64,000 nt of DNA, taken from contig JBMNHG010000006.1 of the NCBI GenBank assembly GCA_050950285.1, positions 293,167-357,166 of the forward strand. The letters are read 5' to 3'. The notes below the pieces were generated by a model. That model ran no database searches, had not been told where the DNA came from, and saw only the letters and a program-made list of their open reading frames with translations. This DNA comes from Kiritimatiellia bacterium (GTDB lineage Bacteria; Verrucomicrobiota; Kiritimatiellia; RFP12; JBMNHG01). Positions 18,322-29,000 of this stretch are shown piece after piece. The first letter of the stretch is position 1; each line of letters starts with the position of its first letter. A program made the translations under genes and the position numbers.

Positions 18322-20925
18322 CTACCAGTCCCGTTCGTCGGGGCGCATGGGAATCGTCTGGTTCCGGCGCCGCTTCTCGTTCTCGTGGTCTTTTTCGCGC
18401 TGGAGCACGCGGCGGAGCATCTCCTGGACCTCCGGCGGAGGTTCGTCTCCGCCTTCTTCCTGCGGCTGGGGCTCCCGGCCGGATTCCTCCTGCGGATCCG
18501 CATCCTGGGGCTGCGGCTGCCGCCCCTCCTGCGACTCCTCGTTCCGGGGTTCCGGCTGCGGTTGCTCGTCGGGATTCGGCTCCGATTCCTGCCCGGACGG
18601 CGGCGGCTGGGACGAACCCTGGCCGTCCTGTTTGGGAAGAAGCTCGCGGATGCGGAGCATGTTGGCGAGGGCCTGGGACTGGTCGGGCGCGAGGTCGGAA
18701 CCCTCCGCCGCCTCCGCAATCCGCCGATGGAGGTCGAGGGTTTCGGCGAGGAGGCGTTCGATCTCGGCGCGATCCTCGGGGGAAAGGGAGGGCGCGTTGG
18801 TGTCCGCCTGCGCCTGCCGGGCCATCTGGTCGGCCCATCCGGGGAAGCGTTCGCCGAAGAAGGTCATGAGCGCGGCCGCCTCGGGCTGGTCGGGGCGGAG
18901 CGGGAAGACGGGCGACGCCGGATTGACCAGCGCATTGGTCTGGAGCGCGATGGCCTCGTCCAGCAGGGGCGGCGGCGGCGCGGACTGGCGCCAGAGGCCG
19001 TAGACGGCGGGTTCGCATCCGGCGACGCCCGGGATGGACCGGCCGTCGAGGTCGCGCAATTGGCTTGCGGCGGCACGCATGGCGTCGCGGGACTGCTCCA
19101 CGAGCTGGGCGACCCATGCCTGCTGCTGGGCGTTCGTGATGGAGGGCGAGCGGAGCATGGCCTCCTTGAGCGGGATCCAGAGGTCCGCCTGCTCTTTCTG
19201 CCGTTCCGCGAGGGCCTCCATGGCGGGGATCATGGCGGGGACGGCGTTGGTGAGGGCGGCCGGGGCCTCTTCGTACAGCGCGCGTTGCTCCCGGAGCATC
19301 CGTTCGAGGAGCCGGTCGGGCGGCGTGCCCCCGTGGCGCGCGAGCACCTCGGCGATGTGCGCCTCCTCGCGGGCGGGCGGAATCGCGGCCACGAGACGCG
19401 CGAGGTTGCGCTGGCGACGCTCGTCCTCCGGCGCAAGGCGGGCGACGGCCTGGAAGCCGGCGGCGGATTGTTCGAGGGCGTTGACCTTCGCCGCGAGGTT
19501 CGTCCCGGCGTTCGCCGCAATCTGGTATTGGCAGGCGGCGAAGAGTTCGGCGTCGCGCTCGTGGCCGCGGAGGATGGAATGGGGGAGAAGCGCGGCGGCG
19601 GCGTTGGTGAAGTCGCCCGCCTCGTAGTAGGCCACCCCGGCGTTGTGGCGGTAGAGGGCCGCCTCGTCCGCCTCCACCCCGCGCGCGGCATCGAGGTAGG
19701 CTTCGGCGGCGGCGAGGAGGTCGCCCTGCCGATAGAGCGCCTGGGCGGCCCGGGCGCCCTCGCGGCCCGCAGGATGCGCGAAGGAAGCCGGCTCCTGTCC
19801 GCCCGATGCCGCTTCCTCCGCGACCGATGCCGCTTCCGTACCGGCCGATGCGTCCGGCGGCCGGGCGGCGGCGACGCCGGGGAGCGACAGCACGCAGAGG
19901 CCAAGCGCGGCGACGGCGGCGCGCTTGGCTTTTCCGAAGCGTCCCAGGCTGAGAGCGCCTGCGATGCAGAAGAGGAGGATGGCCGGAACGAGAAAGAGCG
20001 TGTAGCGCTCGATGCGGCGGTGTTCCTGGGTCTCCTGCTGCTCGCGCGCCGCGACACGGCGGAGGTGCTGGCGGTAGATGGAGCCGAGGGTGGCGTGGGC
20101 GGTGCCGGCGGTGGCGAGGGGCACGTAGGCGCCGCCGGATTCGCGGGCGATGGCGGAAAGGGTCGATTCGACGAGGCGCGTGGTGACGGGCGCGCCCGAC
20201 GCGTCCTTCTGCACGCCGTCGCCTTCGGGAATCGAGGCGCCGGCGGGGTCGCCGAGGCCCACCGTGAAAATCGGCACGCCGCGTTTCCCGGCCTCGCGGG
20301 CGGCATCGACGGCGGAACCGGTCAGCTCCTCGCCGTCGGAGATGAGCAGGATGGCGTTGTGGGCGTCCAGGGCCGGTTCGAGCGCCTCGAGCGAACGGCG
20401 GATGGCAAGGGCGAGGTCGGTGGATCCGCGCGGGGCGGAGTCGATGGTCACGCCGTCGAGAACCTGCCGGAGGAAGGCGGAGTCCGTGGTGAGGGGGCAG
20501 AGCAGGTTGGCCTTCCCGCGGAAGACGAGCAGGCCGGCACGGTCGCCATGCAGTTCCCGGATGAGGTCGAGAAGGTCGACCTTCGCGCGCTCGAGGCGGT
20601 TGGGATGGACGTCCCTGGCGAGCATGGAACGGGAGACGTCGAGCGCCACGAGCACGTTGCGGGAGCGCGTGTGGACCGTCTGGACGGAGGTTCCCCAGCG
20701 GGGACGGGCCAGGGCCACGAGCAACAGGGCCGTGCCGAGGAGAAGCAGGGCGATCTGCGCATGGATGCGTCCCGTCGCCCGGGGGGGGACAAGGCGAGGC
20801 TGGAGCGACGGCGCGACCAGCGCATCGAGGCGGCGCGCCGAACGGGCGGCCAGCCAGAATCCCAACGCGCCAAGCAAGGGGACGAGGGAGAGGAGAAGCA
20901 ATACCCAGGGGTGGACGAATTCCAT
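18322..20925 (-). CDS. VWA-domain protein, BatB-like with a fused BatC-like TPR/helical region
   Basis: MEFVHPWVLLLL, ALARPRWG, ALDVSRSMLARDVHPNRLERAK, CPLTTD, LISDGEE, TPR-like YRHNAGVAYYEAGD, a Q/E/P-rich linker and the C-terminal ...ERDW. Confidence 0.85.
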   Translation of the reverse strand: MEFVHPWVLLLLSLVPLLGALGFWLAARSARRLDALVAPSLQPRLVPPRATGRIHAQIALLLLGTALLLVALARPRWGTSVQTVHTRSRNVLVALDVSRSMLARDVHPNRLERAKVDLLDLIRELHGDRAGLLVFRGKANLLCPLTTDSAFLRQVLDGVTIDSAPRGSTDLALAIRRSLEALEPALDAHNAILLISDGEELTGSAVDAAREAGKRGVPIFTVGLGDPAGASIPEGDGVQKDASGAPVTTRLVESTLSAIARESGGAYVPLATAGTAHATLGSIYRQHLRRVAAREQQETQEHRRIERYTLFLVPAILLFCIAGALSLGRFGKAKRAAVAALGLCVLSLPGVAAARPPDASAGTEAASVAEEAASGGQEPASFAHPAGREGARAAQALYRQGDLLAAAEAYLDAARGVEADEAALYRHNAGVAYYEAGDFTNAAAALLPHSILRGHERDAELFAACQYQIAANAGTNLAAKVNALEQSAAGFQAVARLAPEDERRQRNLARLVAAIPPAREEAHIAEVLARHGGTPPDRLLERMLREQRALYEEAPAALTNAVPAMIPAMEALAERQKEQADLWIPLKEAMLRSPSITNAQQQAWVAQLVEQSRDAMRAAASQLRDLDGRSIPGVAGCEPAVYGLWRQSAPPPPLLDEAIALQTNALVNPASPVFPLRPDQPEAAALMTFFGERFPGWADQMARQAQADTNAPSLSPEDRAEIERLLAETLDLHRRIAEAAEGSDLAPDQSQALANMLRIRELLPKQDGQGSSQPPPSGQESEPNPDEQPQPEPRNEESQEGRQPQPQDADPQEESGREPQPQEEGGDEPPPEVQEMLRRVLQREKDHENEKRRRNQTIPMRPDERDW

Positions 20926-20931
20926 GGCGGT

Positions 20932-22257
20932 CTATGGCTCCGTTTCCGGTGGCGCATCCGCTGCGGGCTCTTCGAGGGCGGGCTCTTCCGAAGCGGCGGA
21001 ATCGGCAGGTTCGGGTTCGGGTTCGGGTTCCGCCGGCGAATCCGGAGGCGGTTCGGAGGACTCGGGCTCGGGCTTCGTCGCGCACTCGTCCGGCGGAGGG
21101 GGAGGAACGGGGCATTCCACCGTCGATTCCGTTCCTTCGGGAGTGGCGCCGGAAGCGGGGGGTGGCGAATCGGATGCAACGGCGACGGTTCCGGTCTCCA
21201 GGGAACAGCCATCCTCCTGTTCCGGCACGGGCACGGGCTCCTCCGGGAGTTCGTCCGCGGGCGGGAGTTCTTCTGCAAGCTCCTCCGCGGGTTCCTCCGC
21301 AGGGGGGAGGCGGCGGGAGTATTCCACGATGCCGGCCGCGATGGCGCTGGCCAGTCGGTTGCGGTACCACTCGCTGGAGAGACGGGCCACATCGCCGACG
21401 TTGGAGAGGAAGCCGCATTCGACGAGGACTGCGGGACAGTTGGCTTCGCGCAGGACCTGGTAGCGCGAGCGCCGCACGCCCCGGTCCCGACCCCGCGGGC
21501 GCCCGGGAAGGCGACGATGGATCTGGAAGGCGAGAAGGTTGTTGAGCGCGTCGTGGGCGTTCCCGGAACGGGCGCGGGCGGAAAGCGTCCCGCCGCCGGT
21601 GGAGGGTTGGCCGGCGCAGGGCAGCACATAGGTCTCGGGGCCTGCCGCAGCGGGGTTGGAGGCCTTGTTGGCGTGAAGGCTCACGAAGAGATTCGCGTTG
21701 GTGGCGGCGGCAAGCGCGGGACGGTCCGACAGGGAGACGAAGGTGTCGTCCTCGCGGGTGTAGGCGACGCGCACGCCCTCTTCCTCCAGGAAGGTGCCGA
21801 CACGGAAGGCCATGTCGAGCGTGAAGTCCTTTTCGACGATGCTTCCGTTGTAGCTTATGGCGCCCCCATCCTCTCCTCCGTGGCCGGGGTCGAGCATCAC
21901 GAAGAGCGAGGCGGGCGGCCCCTGGGTGGGGGCGAACATCGGGAGAAGGACGCTGTGGAGATCCTCCTGGAGCACCATCCATCCGTTCGTAGCCTTGTGG
22001 GGGAGCACCGGGGCCGTATGGAGCCAGACGATGGCGCCGTCCGATTCAACCTTCCGGGAACCCAAGTGGAAGCGGACGGCCTGCTCCCCGTTGGTGAGAC
22101 ACAGGCCATCCTCCAGCGGGACGAAACCCGTGAAGCCGGCCTTCCTCAGTTCGGACTCGAATTCCACGAAATCCGCGGCCGCTTCGGGCGAGGCGGCCGC
22201 GACCGCGGCCCAGGACGCCAGCAAGACGGCAACGAGTTTTCCAAAGGGGGATTTCAT
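20932..22257 (-). CDS. N-acetylmuramoyl-L-alanine amidase (Amidase_3) with an acidic Pro/Glu-rich tail
   Basis: Signal peptide; VMLDPGHGGEDGGA, EKDFTL, TREDDTFVSLSDR, FVSLHAN and PAVLVECGFLSN motifs. Confidence 0.92.
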   Translation of the reverse strand: MKSPFGKLVAVLLASWAAVAAASPEAAADFVEFESELRKAGFTGFVPLEDGLCLTNGEQAVRFHLGSRKVESDGAIVWLHTAPVLPHKATNGWMVLQEDLHSVLLPMFAPTQGPPASLFVMLDPGHGGEDGGAISYNGSIVEKDFTLDMAFRVGTFLEEEGVRVAYTREDDTFVSLSDRPALAAATNANLFVSLHANKASNPAAAGPETYVLPCAGQPSTGGGTLSARARSGNAHDALNNLLAFQIHRRLPGRPRGRDRGVRRSRYQVLREANCPAVLVECGFLSNVGDVARLSSEWYRNRLASAIAAGIVEYSRRLPPAEEPAEELAEELPPADELPEEPVPVPEQEDGCSLETGTVAVASDSPPPASGATPEGTESTVECPVPPPPPDECATKPEPESSEPPPDSPAEPEPEPEPADSAASEEPALEEPAADAPPETEP

Positions 22258-22471
22258 GGGTAAAGGTCGTTTGTACGCCATTCGGCCCGTCAAGTCGAGA
22301 CGATTCCCATCGCGCGGGGGCGGCCGCGATCCGATGGATGCGCGATGCCCGCCTGTTTGGCACGGCACAAAGCCGGGTCCGATCCCCGTCTTCCGCCCCC
22401 TGCGCGCGAAGACGGCGCACGCGGATGATTCCGATGTGGCGGAAGGCCGGGAGAGCCCGTATACTGGTTCC

Positions 22472-23320
22472 ATGACGTCCGACGAGGTCATCCTCCGGCC
22501 TACCGCCCCCTGGTGGCGCATCCCGTGGCGCGAAGTGTTCGAGTACCGGGAGCTGCTTTGGTTCATGGCGAAGCGCAACTTTACCGTTTCCTACAAGCAA
22601 ACGGTTCTGGGGCCTCTTTGGTTTGTCGTCGGCCCGCTGGCCACCACCGTGGTTTTCACCGTGGTTTTCGGGCGCATCGCGAAGGTGAGCACGGACGGCA
22701 CGCAGCCCTTCCTCTTCTATCTGGGCGGGACGGTCCTCTGGAACTTCTTCAGCGCCTGCCTGAACGCCGCTTCCGGGTCGCTTTCGAGCAATGTGCATCT
22801 CTTCTCGAAGGTCTACTTCCCGCGCCTGGTGATGCCGCTCGCCTCCGTGCTCACCTGCGTGCCGAGCCTTCTGCTGGGGCTGGCCATCTTCGCGATCGTC
22901 CACGGCCTCTTTCTTCTGGCCGGGACACCGTGTCCTGCGGTGCATCCGGTCCGCTGGCTGGCGATTCCCCTGCTGGCGGGGCAAGCGGCGTTGGCGGGCC
23001 TGGGCACGGGGCTTCTTTTCGCCGCCGCCACGGTGAAATACCGCGACCTCCGCTTCGCGATCCCGATCATCACCCGCTTCTGGTTCTATGCCACGCCGGT
23101 GGTGTATCCCGCCAGTTATCTTCGCGGCACGCCGGCGCTCCGCTGGTTCGGGCTGAATCCGATGGCGCCGGTGGTCGAGGCCGGCCGCTGGGCCCTTCTG
23201 GGCACGGACTTCCCGGATATCGGGATGGTGGCCATCGGCATCGGCGTATCCATCGTGCTCTTCCTCCTGGGCGTCATCATCTTCACCCGCGTCGAGCGGA
23301 CCTTCGTCGACAGCATCTGA
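22472..23320 (+). CDS. wzm: ABC-2 polysaccharide export permease (Wzm-like)
   Basis: EYRELLWF..KRNF...YKQTVLGPLW, FSKVYFPRL, YRDLRF, FYATPVVYP and LNPMAPVVE motifs. Confidence 0.9.
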   Translation: MTSDEVILRPTAPWWRIPWREVFEYRELLWFMAKRNFTVSYKQTVLGPLWFVVGPLATTVVFTVVFGRIAKVSTDGTQPFLFYLGGTVLWNFFSACLNAASGSLSSNVHLFSKVYFPRLVMPLASVLTCVPSLLLGLAIFAIVHGLFLLAGTPCPAVHPVRWLAIPLLAGQAALAGLGTGLLFAAATVKYRDLRFAIPIITRFWFYATPVVYPASYLRGTPALRWFGLNPMAPVVEAGRWALLGTDFPDIGMVAIGIGVSIVLFLLGVIIFTRVERTFVDSI

Positions 23321-23330
23321 TCCTCCTTCC

Positions 23331-24143
23331 ATGCCCTCGCCCGCCATCACCGTCTCCCATCTCTCGAAGCGCTACCGCCTGGGGCAAATCAACGGCGGCA
23401 CGCTGCGGACGGAGCTTGCCGCCTGGTGGCATCGCATCCGGAAGCGCGACGCCTTCAACGAAATGGCGCCCCTCGACGCCGTAGTCCGCCGCATCCAGCT
23501 CGAGGCGCGCCACGGGGAGGAGTTCTGGGCCTTGCGCGACGTGTCCTTCACCGTCGCTCCGGGCGAGGTCCTGGGCGTCATCGGCGCGAACGGGGCGGGC
23601 AAATCGACCTTGCTCAAGATCCTCTGCCGGATCACCGCGCCCTCCGAAGGCGAAGTCCGTCTGCGCGGGCGCATCGGCTCGCTCCTCGAAGTGGGGACGG
23701 GGTTCCATCCCGATCTCACCGGACGCGAGAACGTCTACATGAACGGGGCGATCCTCGGCATGCGCAAGGCGTCCATCGACCGCCATTTCGACGAAATCGT
23801 GGCCTTCGCCGAAATCCCGCGCTTCATCGACACCCCCGTCAAGCGCTACTCGAGCGGGATGCGCGTGCGCCTCGCCTTCTCCGTGGCCGCGCATCTCGAC
23901 GCGCCCATCCTGCTGGTGGACGAAGTGCTGGCCGTGGGCGACGCCCGCTTCCGGGAGAAGTGCCTCGGCGCGATGGAGGGCATCGGCCGAAGCGGGCGCA
24001 CCATCCTCTTCGTGAGCCACAACCTCGCCGCCATCACGCGCCTCTGCTCCCGCTGCCTCTGGATCAACGAAGGGCGGATCGTCCTCGACGGCCCGCCCGA
24101 AGAGGTCGTCAACCGCTACTTGGCGGACAGCGGCCTTGCCTAG
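23331..24143 (+). CDS. wzt: Polysaccharide ABC transporter ATP-binding protein (Wzt-like, no C-terminal carbohydrate-binding domain)
   Basis: FWALRDVSF, GANGAGKSTLLK, LLEVGTGFHPDLTGRENV, PVKRYSSGM and DEVLAVGD motifs; only 270 aa long. Confidence 0.92.
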   Translation: MPSPAITVSHLSKRYRLGQINGGTLRTELAAWWHRIRKRDAFNEMAPLDAVVRRIQLEARHGEEFWALRDVSFTVAPGEVLGVIGANGAGKSTLLKILCRITAPSEGEVRLRGRIGSLLEVGTGFHPDLTGRENVYMNGAILGMRKASIDRHFDEIVAFAEIPRFIDTPVKRYSSGMRVRLAFSVAAHLDAPILLVDEVLAVGDARFREKCLGAMEGIGRSGRTILFVSHNLAAITRLCSRCLWINEGRIVLDGPPEEVVNRYLADSGLA

Positions 24144-24236
24144 CCACGCGGCCCGCCGCTTCGGCACGATTATTGCAAGCGGAAATGCCAACGGGGCACT
24201 CCTCCGTCCCGGAATCCTTTGGAATTCGAATTTCCC

Positions 24237-26045
24237 ATGCCCGAGCCCACCGACATCCTGTCCAGGCAGCCGGCCCCCGCGCCGCCCGCCGCACCCCCAC
24301 CCGCCGAGCCTGCGCCGCCGCCCGCCGTGCCGGACGAACTCCGCTTCTACAGCGACGACGTCGTGCTCGACGTCGTGCAGGAGCTCATCTCCCGGAAGAT
24401 GCTCACCGACAACCAACTCGGCGAGCTCCAAAACCGCGCCACCCTCACCGGGCAGACCATCGACCGGCTTCTCCTCGACGAGTCGATCGTGGACGAACCG
24501 ACCCTGCTCCAGGCCTTCTCCAAAATCTCCGGCGTACCCTTCAGGAAAATCGCCGATCTCCGGATCGACCGGGAGGTCGTCGAGCGTGTCGGCCCCCGCC
24601 CCGCGCTCCGCCACCGCATCATGCCCATCGCCATGCACGACGGCGTGATGACCCTCGCCACCGCCCGTCTGCCGAACCTGACCATGGTGGACGGCCTGCG
24701 CATGCTCCTCGACTGCGCCCTCGACTGGGTGCTCTGCACCGAGGAAGAGGTGGACAGGACGCTCACGCACTTTTACGGACTCGGCGCGGACACCATCGAC
24801 CAGCTCATCGCCGAAGCCGCCGAAGACCCCGACGAGGGCAAAACCCAGGATATCGCCGCCGCCTCCGCCGAAACCGGCATGGTGCGCTTCATCAACATGA
24901 TCATCGCCGAGGCGATCCGCATGGACGCCACGGACATCCACATCGAGCCCTTCGAAGACCAGCTCCGCCTGCGATGCCGCGTGGACGGGCTCCTCCAGGA
25001 AGTCGCCCTCCCCAAAGGCGTCGAGAAGCTCAAGCGGGCCATCGCCTCCGCCGTGAAGATCATGGCGAACCTGGACATCGCCGAACGCCGCAAGGCCCAC
25101 GACGGCCGCATCCGCGTCCGCTACAACAACAACGACTTCGACCTGCGCGTCTCCATCCTCCCCACCGGATGGGGCGAGACCTGCTGCCTCCGGATCCTCA
25201 ACCGCAGCTCCACCAAGGCCGATCTCGACAGCCTCGGCCTCTCGCCGAACCAGCTTCCGAAGATCGCCCATCTCTGCGACCTCCCCCACGGCGTGATCCT
25301 CCTCACCGGGCCCACCGGCTCCGGCAAGACCACCACGCTCTACGCCATCCTCGCGCGCCTGAACGTCATCGGCACGAAGATCATCACGGTCGAAGACCCC
25401 ATCGAGTACCAGATGAAGGGCATCAACCAGGTGCAGGTGAACACGAAAATCGGCCTCACCTTCGCCACCGTCCTCCGCTCGATCCTCCGCCACGACCCCG
25501 ACGTGATCCTCATCGGCGAAATCCGCGACAACGAAACCGCCGACATCGCCGTGCGGTCCGCCCTCACCGGGCACCTCGTGCTCTCCACCCTCCACACGAA
25601 CGACGCGCCGTCCTCCGTCGCCCGCCTGATCGACATGGGCGTGGAGCCGTACCTCATCGCCTCGTGCGTGGAGGGCATCGTGGCGCAGCGCCTCGTGCGC
25701 CGCGTCTGCCTGCATTGCAAGAGGCCGGTCGAGCCCGACCCCTCCATCCGCGCCGAGATCGCCGCGACCTACCCCGACCTCATGGACAGCGCCGTCTTCC
25801 TCGAGGGGAACGGGTGCCCGAACTGCTCGTTCATGGGCTATCGCGGCCGGTCGGCCATCAACGAGGTGATGCTCATGAGCGACCCCATCCGCGCGATGGT
25901 CACGCGCCACGAGCCCTCGAACGTCATCAAGGCCCAAGCCCTCTCCGAAGGGATGGTCACCCTCCGCAAGGACGGCTGGCTCCGCGTGATCGAGGGCCGC
26001 ACCTCCATCGACGAGGTCCTCCGCGTCGCCGGCAAGATGGAGTAG
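24237..26045 (+). CDS. GspE/PilB family secretion/pilus assembly ATPase
   Basis: ATDIHIEP, LDIAERRKAHDGRI, Walker A TGPTGSGKTTTLY, TVEDPIEY, LRHDPDVILIGEIRD, LTGHLVLSTLHTND and two CxxC zinc motifs. Confidence 0.95.
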   Translation: MPEPTDILSRQPAPAPPAAPPPAEPAPPPAVPDELRFYSDDVVLDVVQELISRKMLTDNQLGELQNRATLTGQTIDRLLLDESIVDEPTLLQAFSKISGVPFRKIADLRIDREVVERVGPRPALRHRIMPIAMHDGVMTLATARLPNLTMVDGLRMLLDCALDWVLCTEEEVDRTLTHFYGLGADTIDQLIAEAAEDPDEGKTQDIAAASAETGMVRFINMIIAEAIRMDATDIHIEPFEDQLRLRCRVDGLLQEVALPKGVEKLKRAIASAVKIMANLDIAERRKAHDGRIRVRYNNNDFDLRVSILPTGWGETCCLRILNRSSTKADLDSLGLSPNQLPKIAHLCDLPHGVILLTGPTGSGKTTTLYAILARLNVIGTKIITVEDPIEYQMKGINQVQVNTKIGLTFATVLRSILRHDPDVILIGEIRDNETADIAVRSALTGHLVLSTLHTNDAPSSVARLIDMGVEPYLIASCVEGIVAQRLVRRVCLHCKRPVEPDPSIRAEIAATYPDLMDSAVFLEGNGCPNCSFMGYRGRSAINEVMLMSDPIRAMVTRHEPSNVIKAQALSEGMVTLRKDGWLRVIEGRTSIDEVLRVAGKME

Positions 26046-26057
26046 CGGGGCTGCGGG

Positions 26058-29000
26058 CTAGAAGTCGTCGAGCTCGAAGTCGTCGAGCAGATCCGCCGCC
26101 GCGTCGTCCGCAAGAAGCGACGCGGGGTCGCCCAGCGTGGCGGTCTCCTTGTCTTTCCCCGGGAAGAGGGCCCAGCCCCACAGGTCGGGTTCGAGGCGCG
26201 CCTCGCTCGGGGCGTCCGCGATGGTGGACGTCGCGGGGTTCGCCCAGCAGGAGCGGCGCAGCACGCTCGCGGCCGTGGAATCGGTCTCCAGGATCCCCCA
26301 GTCGAGGCGGATGCGGCGCGCCGTTTTCGGGTCGAGCCCGATGGCCTCGAGCGGGACGCGCAGCTCCACCTCGTAGCCGATGGCCGGTCCCGCGGGGTTC
26401 GCGGGGTTGCCCGAAAGGGGCGCGTGCGTGAACGAGGCGCCCTCCAGGCGGCGCACGGAATCGAAGGACACGCTTGCCACGGGGGAGACCACGTCCATCC
26501 GCTCCTCCTCCGGGGCGTCCGGGCGCACGGCGTCGTATACCACCACGTTGGGCGTCCCCCCGGCGTCGAAGGCGGCGAGGATGCGCATGTCGCCCTCGAC
26601 GGGCGCGCGGCGCGCGGGGTCGGCGCCGCCGTCAAGGCCGAGCGACAGGTCCACGGCGGCGCCGGTCTTGAAGAGGCGGTTCCACTCCGAACCGGCGTTC
26701 CGGAAGGGGCCGGCGCGGAGCACGCGGTAGCGGGCGTAGAGGTTCCGCCCGTCGTGGGCGAGCTGGAAGGAGACGTCGCGGTCCGGGCAGGCGGGGTCGA
26801 AGGGGAGCGAAACGGACGGCAGAAGCCGCCAGTCGGGCGAAGCGCCGTGGGAGGAGCTGTCGAAGGCGTCGAGGACGCGCGGCGTGCCGCGCGCCCGGTA
26901 GCGGGCCATGTCGCGCCGCCACGCGAGGGAGGCGGCGAGGTCGGCGTCGCCCACCCGCAACGTCCCGTCGAGGCGGCGGAAGCGGTCGAGCCCTTCCACG
27001 CGCACGACGCTGGCATGGTTGTGGCCGGCCACGGCGTAGAAGGCGCCGCTGGCGGAATCCTTCGCGAAGTAGGCCTGGAAGTGCTCCTGCCCGGCGGTCA
27101 CGTCGTCCAGTCTCATCCCCCGCTCGTGGTCGGCCATGCTCCACGCCACGCGGCGCCCGTCGCGCAGGTCGCGGAACAGGGAGCCCGCGAGAAGGCCGTC
27201 GGCAGTCCAGAGGTTCCACACGCCGAAGTTGGAGTGCACCACGAAGAACTCGCCCAGGTCGCCGGCGTCCGCGGTTTCGTGTCCGGCGACGCCGAACTGG
27301 CAGACCACCTGTCCGGGCGAATACGGGCCGCAATGGCGGTCGGGCCCGACGCCCGCCCCTTCGTTCGGGTAGCTCCAGCGCAGCGCGCCGTCGGGGGCGA
27401 AGACCGCGTCGGGCGCGTCCGCGCCGTCGCCGAAGCGGTAGTACGAGCCGTCGTCCAGGCGGTACACCGCGGAGTTCCCGCGGGTGTCGGCGAGAGGGGC
27501 GGGAAGCGGATCCTCGCGATAGACGGGTTCGCCGCCGGGGAGGAACTCGGCCACGGAGAAGCGGAGGCCGCCACCGCAGATGGAGAGGTCGCGCGCGAAA
27601 TCCGACAGCGAAGCGGAGCGTCCGGCCAAAGGGGTGAAACGCACTTCGCCGGGCGAAGGCGTGCCGTCGCCGTCGCGGTCGGTCCACGCGAAACGGAAGG
27701 ACTGGAGCGGCTGGAAGTCCACCAGCGCATGGATGGCGGGATCGCGGAGCGGGGCAAAGGCGTCGGCGGCGCCCAGCGCGGCGACGCGCCGCAGTCGATT
27801 CTCCTCGTAGAGGTAGACGATCGCGCTGCGCTGGCTGGTGAATTCCGCGCGGGTCACGAGGTAGCAGAGCCCGTTCGTGCGCACGGGCACTTCGCCGGCG
27901 CGCCAGCCGTCGCCGGGCGGCCAGGTGAGGTTCTTGAGGCGCGAGGTCCCGCCCGCCCAATCGAGTTCGAATTCGAGGGGGCCGTAGAAGAGGCGCGAGC
28001 GGTCGCCGGGGTCGAGCACGCCGCCGCCGCCGTACGCGGTGGGGCCGAGCACTTCGTGGAGGAAATCCCCCGACGCGCTCCAGCAGGAGACGCGCTTGGG
28101 CCAGTAGTCGGCATCCACGCACCAGAGCTTGCCCTCCGAATCGACGGCGATGGCCGCAAGATCGCCGAGGCGGCGCGGATTCCAGGGGCCGACCTCGTAG
28201 CCGCCGGGCTCGCCCACGTCGCGCAGGAAGGCGCCGGAAGGTGAAAAGACGCGCACCACGCGGCGGGCGGGCGCGGCGTCGAAGACGTACAGGTTGCCTG
28301 CGGCGTCGCAGGCGAGCGGGCCGGGATGGAGCACGTCGATGTCGAGCGGGAGGGCGGCATCGGCATCCGGGGCGATGCGCGCGACACGGCCTTCGGTCAC
28401 GGCATAGAGCGAGCCGTCGGGCGCGTAGGCGAGCTCGCGGGGCGAAGGAACCGGAAGCTCGCGGAGAAGTTCGCCCGTTGCGCCGTCGTACCACTCGATG
28501 CGGGCGGAGACGGCCGGATCGACGGGCGGCTCGCCGCCAAGGGGCGCAAGCGGCGCCACGCCGAAGATGCGGCAGCGGGTGGCATCGAGCCCGAGGCGGT
28601 CTTTCGCGCAACTGCCTTCGCGGGTGTCGGCGGCGAATTGCGAAACCACGCGCAGGCGCACGGCGCGGGAGACCACGTTGCTGCCGAAGTCGACCATCTC
28701 GTCGAGATAGCGGGCGAGGGCGTTGTGCCCCTCGAAGCCGGAATGATCCATGCGGCGGCGCGACGTGAAGGCCGCGACCTGCGTCCATCCGGCATCGCCG
28801 AAGGGGTCGGGGGCGTCCTCCCCCGTAAAGACGTCCACCTCCGTGCGTTCGCCGTCCACCTCTTTCACGGCGAGGCCGCAGAAGGTCTTGGGCTCGTCCC
28901 ACAGCATCGCGTAGATGGCGGGGTCTTCGGGCGAGAGCGGCGTGTCGCGCCCGGCGGTCCACGTGCCGTCGTCTGCGGGTGCGCCGGAGTTCACGCGGAC

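Noticed and set aside
20932..21300. Pro/Glu-rich amidase tail as a novel domain
   Set aside because: It is a low-complexity, probably disordered extension with no repeat unit or motif.
16622..22263. Very long overlapping ORFs 16622..21982 (-) and 17503..22263 (+), and similar ones such as 40267..46236 and 58175..61465
   Set aside because: These are R/G/P-rich shadow frames of well-supported genes, expected at this GC content.
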